A DNA stretch of 64,000 bases from Octopus sinensis (lineage: Eukaryota), in assembly GCF_006345805.1 (NCBI RefSeq), contig NC_043005.1:60946001-61010000 (forward strand), written 5' to 3'. The notes beneath the pieces are model-generated. The model was not told the DNA's origin, did not search any database, and was given only the letters and a program-made list of their open reading frames with translations. The position numbers and the translations under genes were made by a program. Positions 15,286-28,523 of this stretch are shown here, piece after piece (position 1 is the stretch's first letter; each line of letters starts with the position of its first letter).

Positions 15286-15694
15286 TTGCCAGAAAACATT
15301 TTGTTAACTGTCACATCTAAGTTGAACACGGTTTCTAAGTAGATGGATTTAGTAACAGCTTTGAGGTAGTCCACCATTAAAATTGTTTAGCTGTTAGCGT
15401 TAACGATATGCAAATGTGCTTCCCCGTAGCGAAGCAATTCAAAGAACAACACCTGAGCAGAATCAGGTACTTCGAGGAAACATGTTTCGTCATTAGTGAA
15501 ATCAATTTAACTGAATCATTTGAATAAAACCTGTATGATTTTTAGTCACCAACCCTATCTTAGGGACAACTGATGCAGTAATAATCTTCCGGAATATCAG
15601 CAAACACGTTTAATGAAGTTAAACCAAGGTTTAATTATTATATACATATATACAAACGAACACACACATACATAATGCATATACAAACTTGCAT

Positions 15695-15773
15695 GCATAC
15701 ATACATGCATGCATGCATACATACATACATGCATGCATGGATACATACATACATACATACATACATACATACA

Positions 15774-15807
<34 letters not shown>

Positions 15808-15810
15808 CAT
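15695..15810. repeat. (TACA)n/(TGCA) tetranucleotide array
   Basis: Directly visible. Confidence 0.95.
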
Positions 15811-16134
15811 GTGTATGCGCGCACACACACTGACCTACACATCCGCACAAGCAAAAGGAACGTAACTTCAATAACGGACAGAGTGAACAACTATTGAAAA
15901 TGAGTGGAAATTTTACCGGTGAGTGTGTTAAATTATAAGGCACTAGAAGATGACTCTCCCCAGAGTTAACAGAATATGCTTCAACACACGAACTCACATA
16001 AAGAACCTTGCAAACCAAATCCAAAAATGACATAAGAAAGTTGCTTAACGTATAAGGGATACAGGTATACGTCACAAAGTGAAAAGAAGTATGTACTTAT
16101 TTTCTGTGCATCTGCAGACGTTTGTAAGGGCATA

Positions 16135-16529
16135 TCTTTATATATAAAAGAGAGGTTGTGTGCTGTCCGTCTCCTACGATTTAGATTCCTAACTACTCCC
16201 ACATTTTGCAGTGCAGTTTAACCAAAACCGGGTATCTTATAGTCGTGATTCATATCGAGCCCTTCTGGATATTAGCGCACGTCTACGATGAGTCTACGAT
16301 TTAAAAAAAAAATTACCATCAATTTTTCCCATTTTTTAATGCATTTTGGCATATATAAGGGAAGTAACTCTCTAAAAATTTATTATTAAATCTCAGAACG
16401 TAAAAAGCTACAGTAACATCCCCCTTTGTGGTTAGCCATATTGAGATGGCTATTATACTTTACATCTCTAAAAATGCTTATATAGTTATTTCCCTTACAA
16501 ACCCGAGCAACGCTGGGCGATACTGCTAG
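16135..16529 (+). mobile_element. Complete non-autonomous Helitron (395 bp)
   Basis: Host A at 16134, 5' TC, 3' hairpin CCCGAGCAACGCTGGG then CTAG 16526-16529 followed by host T; no TSD; second copy at 28524-28804. Confidence 0.8.
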
Positions 16530-17359
16530 TTCTTTCTATACTTGAAACATTTTCCTTTTCAAACTTTTTTTTTTTTGTGCATGTCGGAGGGATATTTGGT
16601 GAAAAATAGTATCTTATCACTTCGGTGAGGTCTACTACATGATTTTAATCTGAAAAGGCAAAGTCAGAGATTTGGAGCTCTCTCAGGAGTTACTTCCAAG
16701 ACACGTTTCTGGTTCACTGCTGAAGTCAAGTTTTGGGTTTCGTTTCCAGTATCTGATTCGTACGCAAACAGTAGTGATTGTGGATAAAAATGAATCCCAA
16801 TACATTCGTCTTTCTGCTTCAAGTTACAGTTTGAAATGAGTTTTTGAAGATATCTCACTGTGGTCAATAGTTGGCGAGTAGCTAAGTTTCGTCGCATGCG
16901 TATTTAACAGGTAGGTGAAAACAAATTTTAGCGCAGTTCTTATGTCGTGAGAGATAGTGCACTAAGAAATAGTTTCAAACTTTTCTGGAGACCAAGATAA
17001 GAAGTACTAACTACTTCGAGTCTCTACCGTGTAAAGGCAAGCAACCAAATCTTAAAGGTGTGTGAAGCTTCAGGAACTAAGATAATTCATTGAAGTTTGT
17101 CAATAGTTCTATTTTAAGTGGATTAGATTAAAGAACAGCCAAAACAGGCAAGTTAGTTTCAAGCTGGCTTTAATTTACTAAACTTTCTAATGAAAGAAAT
17201 GTCAGAGATAGACGTTTGTAATGTAATACTAGTAGCCATGGCGAGAGAAATATCTCATTTACATTCAACCATTTCTATTGTTATTATATAGCTTAAAACT
17301 ATCACCTCGTGATATGTAAGTTTTTTTTCCGTTCTTTCATGTCATTAATATAGCAGGCC

Positions 17360-17743
17360 GTGGAGGCGCAATGGCCCAGTGGTTAGGGCAGCGGTCTCGC
17401 GGTCGTAGGATCGCGGTTTCGATTCCCAGACCAGGTATTATGAGTGTTTATTGAGCGAAAACACCTAAAGCTTCACAAGGCTCTGCAGGGGGTGGTGGTG
17501 AACCCTGCTGTACTCTTTCACCACAACTTTCTCTCACTCTTTCTTCCTGTTTCTGTTGTACCTGTATTTCAAAGGGCCAGCCTTGTCACACTCTGTGTCA
17601 CGCTGAATCTCCTCTAGAACTAAGTTAAGGGTACACGTGTCTGTGGAATGCTCTGCCACTTGCACGTTAATTCTACGAGCAAGCTGTTCCGTTGATCGTA
17701 TCAGCTGGGACCCTCATCGTCGTAACCGACGGAGTGCTCCTAC
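17360..17743 (+). mobile_element. Full-length tRNA-derived SINE family D with 11-bp TSD
   Basis: A-box TGGCCCAGTGG, B-box GTTTCGATTCC; TSD TATAGCAGGCC at 17349-17359 and 17744-17754; second copy 60310-60628 (-). Confidence 0.9.
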
Positions 17744-18209
17744 TATAGCAGGCCATAGAAAGTATTAAGCTATTAAGAATATATTCATTCTGTAATTATA
17801 AGACGCAACCAACACTGTTTGATCATGGAGTCCACTTCGCAAACAAGAAATTTTGGTTTCAATTTCAGTGAGTGGATGCTTGGACAGATCAAGCCCTGTG
17901 AGTAAATTTTGTAGAGTAAAACTTATAAATTATACAATCTTTACACATGTTTCGCTACCGTACGCTAGTAGAGTATGGTATGAAATATTCATTTCTCAAA
18001 CGCTCGTCCAAACATCTTAGACCGCTGGTTTTTCAGAAGAAATTAGTAATTCAATCGATTGCATATTATTAGCCTTAGTTAATATACAGAAAATGTATGA
18101 AATTAAATCAGATACGCATAAATTTACATATAAATTTCGAAGCAACGTTTAGGTGTGCGTTTACGCCTATATATGAGTGTACGTATGTGCAGTCCTGTGT
18201 TTCCGTGCT

Positions 18210-18243
<34 letters not shown>

Positions 18244-18246
18244 TGT

Positions 18247-18329
<83 letters not shown>

Positions 18330-19129
18330 GATGTTTGTGTAACTGTATAGTTCTAAATACAGCTTGTTAGAACTGCAGGACGGTCAAAAGAAAAGTGAAT
18401 AGCAACACGAGGAAAACTATAAAAATTTAAAAAAAGAAACAGTTAATGCAAGTGAAATATCATGGAAAATTTGAGAGTAAGAGTGGCTGCAAGACGGCCG
18501 CAGTTTCAGTGACTTTATTAAAATTAGAGAGTGGTTGGAAAATGAAAAATTTTGCTAACAGCGAAATTTCTAATTTTAAAATGTAATACTAATATCAACT
18601 CCACCATGTTATTGCCTTTTCCGTGATAAACATATTTTGTAACGTTAATTATAAAACTATTTAAAGTAAAACTATTTAAAATCACGCCCGTCCCGTACCT
18701 GTACGTGCTCACCACTTTTTACAGAAAATGAATGGAACAGATTTGTTCCATTTCCGTACTGTGGAATCTGTTGTAATCCGTAATTTCAACAAGTCGCTAT
18801 TCATCTGTAAATCTATTTCGCATTCCACAATTTACTGACTAATGAAGTCATTTCCTCCGCGTTTTACAAATTGCGATTATAGACGTGCATGAGGCTCGCG
18901 TGATGTCACATAATTCTACCGTTCGTAATTAACTCTAGAATATATGATTACATTCTCTGGACTGCAGATAAGAAACTTAGAATATAAAATGTTAATAATT
19001 TTCGAGTGAAATAAATCCAAGAGATTCACAGCTGGAAATTATGACAAAGAAAGACCACTGCTGTCACAGCAAACATGTTTCGTCCATGCATGGGGGTTTT
19101 CTTCGTGTTCTTTTTGTTTTTACTTTTTA

Positions 19130-19505
19130 TATTTTATTTGTTTCAGTCAATGGACTGCGGCCATTCTGAAGCACCGCCTTGAAGAGCTATAGTGGAACGA
19201 ATCGACCCCCATTATTTATCTCTTTATGTCTGGTTCTTATTTCATCGGTCTCTTTTGCCAAACAGCTAAGTTATGGAGACCGGTTGTCAAGCGGTACTGG
19301 TGGAAAAACACAAACACATACATTTATATGGGCACGTTTACATACATATATGACGAGCATCTTTCGGTTTCTATCTACCAAATCAACTTACAAGGTTTTG
19401 GCCGCCCTGAGCAATTGTACTTGTCAAGTGAGATATTGTAAGACCGAACCCGGAATAATGTGGATTGGAAGCGAACCTCTTACGAAACAACCACGCCAGC
19501 CTGTC
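19130..19505 (-). mobile_element. SINE family A, diverged
   Basis: TGTTTCAGTCA.T.GACTGCGGCCAT tail rc through GAACCCGGAA..ATGTGG.TTGG.AGC head rc. Confidence 0.8.
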
Positions 19506-19790
19506 CACATCATATATTTCCAAAATTATGTTATCCTAAATTTATGAGTAGATCTAGTCGCTTAAATATGATGATGTCATATCCAAAGACCTGCACAATT
19601 CATCAAGTACATGCAGATTTATAGATTCAGCGGCTCGAGTTAGACGGACTTTCTTCAGTCTGTATTAGATCACTGTGATTGCTAATCGTTGGAGTTAGAA
19701 AGTAAAAATAAGACATATAAGCGGGATGTTTAAAAGGCTATCTGTTAAACAAAATTAATGGAACAATGAAACTGATCTCCCGGATATGTT

Positions 19791-20256
19791 TACTCTCAAC
19801 AGCTAATGAAACTGGAGGAAGCAATCAAAGAAAACCGGCCAGAATTGGCAAATCTTAAAGGAATCGTATTCCACCATGACACCACTAGACAACAGACGTC
19901 TTTGCTAACTCGTGAAAACATTATTGGAACTTGGTTGAGAACTGATGACACATCCACCATGTAGCCCTGACCTTGCATCATCAGATTAGCCTTTTACTTT
20001 GAAGTTTGCAAAATTGTTTGAAGGGTAAAACTTTCACTATTGATGATGACCTGAAATCATACTTGCTTCGGTTTTTGGCTGATAAGGACCAAAAGTTCTA
20101 TGAACGCAGAATCGGGAAGTTGTCGGAAAGATGGCAAAATGTCATCCAACAAAAAAGAAAATATATAATTGATTAAAGTTCATTCTTTTTTAGGACAAAA
20201 AATGACTTACTTTTACTTCACAGTAAACATCCGAACTTACTTTCTAGCCAACCCTA
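19791..20256 (+). pseudogene. Mariner (Tc1/mariner, mellifera/Hsmar-like) transposase 3' half with right TIR
   Basis: YSQQLMKLEEAIKENRPEL..KGIVFHHD, SPDLASSD (YSPDLAPSD motif), KDQKFYERRIGKLSERWQNVI...YIID*; TIR ...TTTCTAGCCAACCCTA followed by TA. Confidence 0.85.
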
Positions 20257-20267
20257 TACATACATAC

Positions 20268-20329
<62 letters not shown>

Positions 20330-20416
20330 TTATACATTAATATATATATATATATGTATATATATATGATAGATTACAAGCCACTACACAATCTCTCCTT
20401 GTTTCTTTCTGTGTTC

Positions 20417-20452
20417 CTTTCTGTGGAAGAGCGTAGGCTCGAAACGTTAAAG
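20417..20452 (+). ncRNA. Minimal type I hammerhead ribozyme-like fold (variant core CUGUGGA) within a Penelope-pLTR-like repeat (about 20365-20545)
   Basis: Stem I CTTT/AAAG; core CTGTGGA+A; stem II GAGC-gtag-GCTC; GAAA; palindromic stem III AACGTT; triplet GUU. Confidence 0.6.
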
Positions 20453-20647
20453 ACTTTTTCACTTACCGAGCGTTATATTAAGACATTTGTTTGTTGTCTA
20501 CACCACATGACTTCGTCTTTTGTTTTTTTGTGAACTCTCCCTATATATATGTATGTATGTATAATACATTTGTAAGTAAATATAAGAAAACAGGTTATGC
20601 GCGTGCGTGTATGCTTGTCTGTATTTATAAATGTGTATGTATATATA

Positions 20648-20695
<48 letters not shown>

Positions 20696-22349
20696 GCATA
20701 CATAGATACATACATACATAGAAACATACATACATACGTAGGCGCACATGCATGAACATACATAAACGTGATGTTGTAGGTAAATATGACCAAAATACAA
20801 ACAAAAATGCTCTATCCAGGTTTTGAGTTTTTTACTTTATTGTGTAGCAATTACACACAAACACACACAAAAACACACAGAAACATACGCACAAACACAC
20901 ACACACACTCACACATACATTACTGCAAAAATATGCGTATGTTTCGATATGTGCGTTGAAATTTGTAACAAAAATAACTACTAAACATTTAATATCATTA
21001 GATTTTTTCTTAATCTAATGAACTAAATGTGCTCGCAGCTATTTTCCTCCCATGTGAAAAACATGTCTGATATTTAATACTTTTTCTCACACTGAAAATC
21101 TGTCATTTCTTTGATAATGATAATTGATGATGGTTTATTAGATTTATTTCTATATATGGAACAAACATGAATAAAAGAAAGATCTATCAATGTATGCTAT
21201 TTTCTTGTCCGCACAGAGAAAAGTAGCTTTAACATGCGTATCATGTTTGTGTATAAGAATATCATATACACAAAACTCAGTTACAACTGAATTTTTTTCT
21301 ACCTTAATTTACAATGTATATTCATTTGGTTTTACTTGACGTTTGGAAACATCTATTAGTGTCGACACAAGATCATTCATTCCATTCCTCACTGCTAATT
21401 CCAGGTAAGACAGGCACTATTGGCCCTTCACTAAAGTACTGAACGTCAGACCTTCTCAAATGCCGTATTCGGTAGACATTCGTAGCCTAATACATGCTGG
21501 AAACTATGCAGAGACGCATAGTACAAATTATGAACTCCCAAAGTTAATGGATGCAAAAAATCCTTCTCGCGTGTTGTAAATGCAATCGCTGAAAAATGAC
21601 TTTTCACAGCAGGGTATTCATTTGCTAACAAAGTGGCTCTTTTAATAAATATAAACTATGTATATGTAAGGGCAACTTGCGACCATTTAGTGAATTATTT
21701 CTTGCCATCCTTGCTACAAAACGTAAATATTGTTAGTAAAAAAAACATTCTTATTTAACCAGAGAAGTAGAAATCACTTCTGCCGACCAAGGTCAGCGTT
21801 TATAACCGCATACTTAAAGACTGGCTACTGGCCTTGCGACAGCATAGTCATGCTAGTTTACAATAATTTTCAATATATGTATATACATACGTGTGCAGGC
21901 GTTACTCTGTCGTAAGAAGCTTGCTTGTCAGCAATATGTTTCCAGGTTTACTTCCACTGCAAAGGAATATTATAGTCGTCAATTAAACTTGACTAAGGCT
22001 GTGAATATACTTATATTGGTAGAAACTGTGGCTAAAATGCTCCAATCCTCTAATAAAGCGCATAAGATACACTCTGATTGGGACTGCAATCACTGGCAGA
22101 GACGCATAGTACAAGTTGTGAACCCACTAAAATCAATGGATTCTACCAAAGCGAATCCTGTAATAAATACAAACTCTACATAGTAACTGAAAGGGGCTAC
22201 CTCGGCTATCAGAATATATGTATTCAGCATACAAATCTATCGATGATTTAGCAGATGGCTGATGTTTATACAAAAATTAATAAAAACAGCTACTTGCAAT
22301 GTTATACCTTGAAGGAAAATCATAGTCGTCAACTAAACGTCACTAAGTG

Positions 22350-22575
22350 TACGTGTGTTTTTACGTGTGTATATCAGTGTTTGTACACCTGCTACCACTT
22401 GACAACCGATGCTGGTGTGTTTATGCCACCGTAACTTAGCGTTTTGGCCAAAGACACCGATAGAATAAGAACTAGGCTTACAAAGAATAAGTCCTGGGGT
22501 CGATGTTTTCGACTAAAACGCTTTAAGGCGGTGCTCCGACATGATTGCAGTCAAATGACTAAAACAAGTAAAAGA
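22350..22575 (+). mobile_element. SINE family A, 3' half
   Basis: CTTGACAACCGATGCTGGTGTGTTTA...GGCTTACAAAGAATAAGTCCTGGGGTCG...CAGTCAAATGACT. Confidence 0.85.
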
Positions 22576-22895
22576 ATATATACATACATAGTTATTTGTG
22601 TGGGATTATCAATGCAGGCAAAACACTTTATATGTTCTTTGTTAACTCACGCCAGGCTAACAACAGTTTTTAGATCAGGAAAGAAGTCCGCTTATTCTTA
22701 TGGGAAGCAAGGTCTGATCTTATAGTTCATCATCATTCTACATTGTAAATCCATGGCTGTATTGCCAGTTATACTGGTTTTAAATATGAAAATTATACCT
22801 TGTCTTATGCATACTCCTACACACAATCTCACGCGCGTACATAAACCTGAATGGAATTCAATTGTATTACATTGTATATATTCACATTATCAATA

Positions 22896-23374
22896 CCGTA
22901 AATCCTCGAGTATAGTCAGCCTTTGAGTATAATACGCAGGAGATTTTTAGGGGCTGTACCTCTGAAAAACCTAAACCTTGTGTATAATACGCACCCCTTC
23001 TCTAACTTGAGTCAAGGAGGTCTATATAACGTCCTTGGTTTGTAAAAATGTATACGGTAACCTCCTTTATTATTATTGTATATATAACATAATGCAAACG
23101 TGTAGCTTTTTTGAGCATTTTGTTTGCAGAAAATAAAGATATAACAGTAATAACGTTTAATAAATGTTACTAACTGCAAGTTATGGATGATTTAAGGTAT
23201 TTCCGCACCCGACATCACAAAATGCTTCTGAATAAACATTGCCGGGCAGCAAATAGAGACTCGGACTTTGCTTAGAAAATAATTTTCATTTTTAACCTCG
23301 TATATAGTACGCACTAGGTATTTTGACCTGTAAATTTTGTGGGAAAAATGCGGATTATACTCGAGGATTTACGG
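22896..23374. mobile_element. Complete MITE, 479 bp, TA TSD, Tc2/pogo-type TIRs
   Basis: Left CCGTAAATCCTCGAGTATAGTCAGC, right (rc) CCGTAAATCCTCGAGTATAATCCGC, 19 bp perfect; TA at 22894-95 and 23375-76; subterminal GTATAATACGCA repeats. Confidence 0.9.
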
Positions 23375-23828
23375 TAGTTAAACTAATTTAATCTTTCATC
23401 TCTTGATGATTGCTGTTGTAGGTTAAACCTACAAAACTTGTATTTTTTGTTAGTAAACACATTGTGTGAAACTTAGATTGAGAGGATAAAGTAATTCTTT
23501 CTCAATCTAGCTAAAGTAATTCTTTCTCAATCTAGCTTTTGTTGTTTCAGAATATTTTACCCCTTTAACTGAGGTCGAGCATTTATTTAACTGAAGACAG
23601 CGAGAAATATATGCAGTTCCATGGAAGTATACATGTTTCCATTGCGTTTTGTTGAATGTGTATTTACTGAATGAAATATGCTGGCAATTTACTTTACCCG
23701 CTGTCTCGCTATCTTTCTCTTCCACTTAATTTTTTTCTCTCTATATATGTATATATGTGGGTGTCTTTGTATGCCTGTGAATGTTTGTATATACACATTA
23801 TATATGTATGTATGTATAATACTGTGTG

Positions 23829-23898
<70 letters not shown>

Positions 23899-23960
23899 AA
23901 GTTAATCCAAACAAGAAAGCACAAAAAAACACAACAACGCGAAGACGTGGAACAAATATA

Positions 23961-23965
<5 letters not shown>
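23899..23965 (-). repeat. 3' tail fragment of the repeat family at 42340-42545 (no ribozyme part retained)
   Basis: Minus CACGTCTTCGCGTTGTTGTGTTTTTTTGTG...ATTAACT matches 42487-42541; bounded by (TA)n. Confidence 0.6.
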
Positions 23966-24017
<52 letters not shown>

Positions 24018-24891
24018 TACACACACGCATATACGTTCGTATAAGTATGCATGTATATAAAAGCACACACATACACACAGGAATAAGATCATGCTTGTTC
24101 TTTGGAATATATGATTTCATCTTAAGTACAAAACTTACATTTAATAGCATGTAGGAAATACGATGAATAAAATTTATTTATCACAACTTGAGATAGTGTG
24201 CAACGACTTCAAGCTGAGGCTCACGACTACTCATAATGTTGAAGTAAGGATTGAGCACGCTTGTTGTTATATACAGCGAGAGAATTGCGAAGATATCATT
24301 GTCATACAGATACTGAGTATAGCATAAGGAGTGAATCACTTTAAGAATATATTAACATTAGGAAACAATTCGTAAGCTTTAACGAAATACATGAAGCGAA
24401 TACTATTTAATTTGAAATTTCTTTGGAAGATTGTTTCCTTTGGGGAGACTTGCAGTAACAAAGCGGTATAAATTATAAAGAAATACAGTGACTCTCTCTT
24501 TGTAACGGACAGTTATAAAATCTCCCTTGCAGATATATAATTTCGTAACAGACGTTCAGAATCTATATCGACTGCTTCACTTGACAAGTATAAATTAAAA
24601 ATGATATTCATTATGTAAAGTATAAACGGATGTGAACTAATCATTGAGTTTTTCCTTTAATCACAATTTATATTCTGTATTACAAGTCTAATCTTTAAAT
24701 CATACAAACCGCATGAAAAAAAAAACACACTTTGTTTTACTACTGCTACATAAGTAATTACAAAATTCATGCAATAGAGTTGTAAAACAAAGATCTTTTC
24801 ATGATAACATTACTGTACAACGAAGGACAAAGGTGCTTGTAAATACACAGATAAATTATATTTTCCTTGAATCACATAAAATATTTACATA

Positions 24892-25216
24892 GGCGCAGGC
24901 GTAGCCGTGTGGTAAGAATCTTGCTTCTCAACCACATGGTTCGGGTTCCCACTGCGTGGCAACCTGCGCAAGTGTCCTCTATTATGCGGGCTGACCAAAT
25001 CTTTGTGAGTGGATTTGGTAGGCGGAAAATGAAATAAGGCTATCGTCTCTATATGTATATGTTGTTTTGTGGGTGTGAGTGTCTGTTTGTCCCTACACCA
25101 TCGCTTGACAACAGATGTTAGTGTATCTACTTCCCCGTAACTTACTGATTCGGAAAAAGCCTTTAAGGCGGTGCTCCAGCATGGCCGCAGTCAAATGACT
25201 GAAACAAATAAAAGAA
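24892..25216 (+). mobile_element. SINE family A
   Basis: GGCGCAGGCGTAGCCGTGTGGTAAG head to CATGGCCGCAGTCAAATGACTGAAACAA tail. Confidence 0.9.
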
Positions 25217-25384
25217 TACTATTTATATCTTCATAAACTACACTCTACTTTGCGCAATTTATATCTTTATAACAAGATCCATATGCAGTCACCACATTTT
25301 GTCATTACTTATTCAATCAATGTCCTAAACCTATATAAATTTGTCATTTAAATTCAATATTTACCCATATATCTTATTCTTTTC

Positions 25385-25580
25385 TAATCTAGGCACAAAC
25401 TTTGGTGGAGGGGGACAATCGATTAGATTGACGCGTACTGGCGTCAACCTAATCGACTTAGTTTATCGACCCCAAAAGCAAGGTCGACCTCGGCGAAATT
25501 TGAACTCAGAACACAAAGACAGACGAAATACCGCTAAGTATTTCGCCCGGCGCGCTAACGTTTCTGCCAGCTCGCCGGCT
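25385..25580 (-). mobile_element. SINE family B
   Basis: rc of GGCGAGCTGGCAGAAACGTTAGCGCGCCGGGCGAAATACTTAGCGGTATTTCG... Confidence 0.9.
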
Positions 25581-25720
25581 TACACATGCACATTATTATA
25601 ATCGTCATTATAAGTTTCTATAACACCTATACGGGTCTAAAAGGAAACAAATATTCATAATACTACAATGAGTTTCTTTGAAGTGATTTCAGATTTATAC
25701 ATATTTTTATACAGATTTTA

Positions 25721-25840
25721 TAAATATTTATATATACACATATAAACATAAACATATATATAAATATTTATATATACACATATAAACATAAACATATATA
25801 TAAATATATATATATACACATATAAACATATATATAAATA
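25721..25840. repeat. 40-bp minisatellite, about 3 units
   Basis: TAAATATTTATATATACACATATAAACATAAACATATATA at 25721 and 25761, degenerate third unit. Confidence 0.9.
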
Positions 25841-27064
25841 TTCATATATCTACATTCATTGATAGATAAATTTTCTTTGTCATTTCAACACCCTCAAACA
25901 TTCCATCCATATATAAAATTATCATCTATTTCATTCTACAGCATATGCCAACACTTTAACAAACCCCTGAAAAGAGGCCGATAGAATAAATACCACGAGT
26001 TACAGAATAAGTACTGCGATCAAATCATTCGACTAAAAAGCAAAATTGTTCTACGCGGTGCCCCATCATGGCCGCAGTCTAATGACTACGGCAAGCTAAA
26101 GATCAAAAACCGAATATACATATGTGCGTTTTCATATATTTATGTAAATATCCATTTATATTACTTTTATCTGCTTTAAAATCTAATGACTAATCTTCTC
26201 CAATTATACATGAATTATTACAGGCGCCAATGCATTTCGAATATTCGAAACACACCAAGATAAAAGTCTACGCTTCGATTTATTTAACCCATCTTCCAGT
26301 TTGTATTAATAAGTTACACTCAAAATCTTTATTGGAACTCATTTATAATTCATCATTCTTTCAATTAATTTATTTAGTATTTTCCAAATATACAAACGCA
26401 CTCTCACAAACACCACCACCACCACCTACACACGCACAGATACACACGAAGCCATGCATATACATGCATTCTATTCGATTATGAAATCAATAGCAGTTTG
26501 TGCATCCAAATTTGTTTTTATTTATTGAATACATGAATGCATTTGTGAATGTGTCCTTGTAATCGTCATCTATACGCTTGTCGAATCCATTGTGGCAATT
26601 TCTTATTTGTGCTGCACCCTTACAATTATATTCGTAATTGTTGGCATGGAAACAAACGGCTAATTCAAGTACAAACAATTTATTTTTGAATTTTTGCACT
26701 TACCAGATAATTCAATCATTATTTCTTTTAGTGATGCACAAAAGTATTATACTTCTTCAATAGTTCTGTACTTACACATTTAATTAAATATTTCCTAATC
26801 ATATACATTCAAATTTAAATCCATTTACAAGCTATCTAGACTGCTATCGATTTAAACCGAGACCTAATTAGCACACTGAATAATATTTTACTCCATTGGT
26901 TTTCTTGAAATATTTCCTTTCATTTAAATTTACTCAAATTGTTCATTTAAATATACCTAAATCGTTACCTTATAGCCAATACTTCTATAAAAGGAATACC
27001 TTTTCCATATTACATGTAACTTTTCCGAATATATATCCAAATTCATCTCAACACTTAACCCCAA

Positions 27065-27700
27065 ACATCATCATCATCATCATCATATTCCTATAAGTGA
27101 CTCTAGTGGTTGGGATGTCACTCTCGACACTCTGTGTCTTCTGTCACATTTAACTAGGCCACCGTTGTTCAAGCCAATAACAAATCATTAAAATTTCTCG
27201 ATATTTTCACCCTCTCTCATTCTCATCTTTGCCTTGCATCAATGTTTTTGAACAAGGAATGATGACGAGATGTAGGACTGTAATGTACATGTTTGTGTGT
27301 TTCACTTTTGCTAAAGTGACTGTTGCCTGTCAGTAAATTTGACGAGCTGCTGCCAGACAAAACTGCTGTTGCCTTGCCTACGAAAAGCGTAGCAGCTTCC
27401 TAAAGTGCACTGTTTGAATATCACATTCCTTCATTCCACTCTGACTGTGAATATCTCGTTTTGTTGCTAGTAAACAGAACGACTAACGTCAGAGACTTGT
27501 ACCGTTGAAGCTGTTTTAGAGAACCTGATCGAACTGGTTTTCCGCAAGATCATTGGCTGAATCATGGACGATAAAGTCAGGATATTTTCTGTTTTCATGC
27601 CCTTTATTTAGTCACTTGTTCTCAAATCGGATCTGATGCATTTAACGTTATCAACTTCTTCCCGATTTCGTCCGTTTAGCTTCATGATTATTGCATTTTG
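27065..27700 (-). mobile_element. Possible decayed RTE-type LINE 3' end with (GAT)n tail
   Basis: Minus strand ends ...GAGTGACATCCCAACC...ATGATGATGATG; upstream peptide traces (EVDNVKCI, about EVVDSFCYLG); weak. Confidence 0.4.
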
Positions 27701-28523
27701 GTTACGGCAAATAATGAGAACATTGCATTTATCTGAAGTGATCAACATTCATATCAGCTTCTACCATTCTATAGACTGATTGTGAGATCTTGGAATTCTA
27801 TTTTCCTGAATTCCATTTGATCAAATTCGTCAGAAAAACCCACTTCTTAAAGGAACTATGAAAGGAACATGAAAAGTAGTCCGCCATCATGTAGTATCTT
27901 CTGAATGTAAAACATTACATAAAGATGTAGAAAATTTCTAAGGAAAAGAGACAGCTGTTAAACTTTAAATGTTGTCTTAAATAAGTCTGCCATTTCTTAT
28001 TCAGAGAAATCATATCCTTTGAAAATTAGTATAGTTCTTAGATCGGTTGAATAAAGATAGTGTGAAATTTAAAATACCTTATTGCTGCCAGAAATCCTTA
28101 CACGAAATATTGAAGTCCGTAGAAGTTTGGTGAAGTTAACATAGCTTTTGAGGGGTTTTCCGATAGCTAAATATCTACATGGATGAGCTAATTTCCATCT
28201 GCTTACTTCATTTACGGCTGTTTAAATGATCAGTGGTACTTCTTGATCTAAATAGAACTCATTCATTTTGTCACAGGTTTGGTTCCCACTTCGTCTGATA
28301 CTTGATTGTCAGTGCCTTGATGATTTATAACAACACATCAACCTTTCAAAGTCTCTGATGAGATGTTGTCCATTCGAGGTTGTCTTCATTTTTTAAGTAT
28401 ACATATCTTCTACACCTCCTACTAGAATATAGGAGCATCTCACGGGTTGTCTATTTAGGTCACTGGTGCTATGACTAAGTCTATATTCAGTGCAATACTC
28501 AAACCGTCTTGTTATATTATTTA

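Noticed and set aside
17360-17430. tRNA gene
   Set aside because: A and B boxes are present, but there is no acceptor-stem closure and it continues into a SINE body with TSDs; it is a SINE head.
26487-26699. 70-aa minus ORF (..ANNYEYNCK..FDKRIDDDYK..)
   Set aside because: Vaguely like an L1/Tx1 C-terminus but not enough motif support; not treated as a host exon.
28350-28390. CTGATGA-GATG..CATTC-GAGG hammerhead candidate
   Set aside because: GAAA is absent and there is no stem I.
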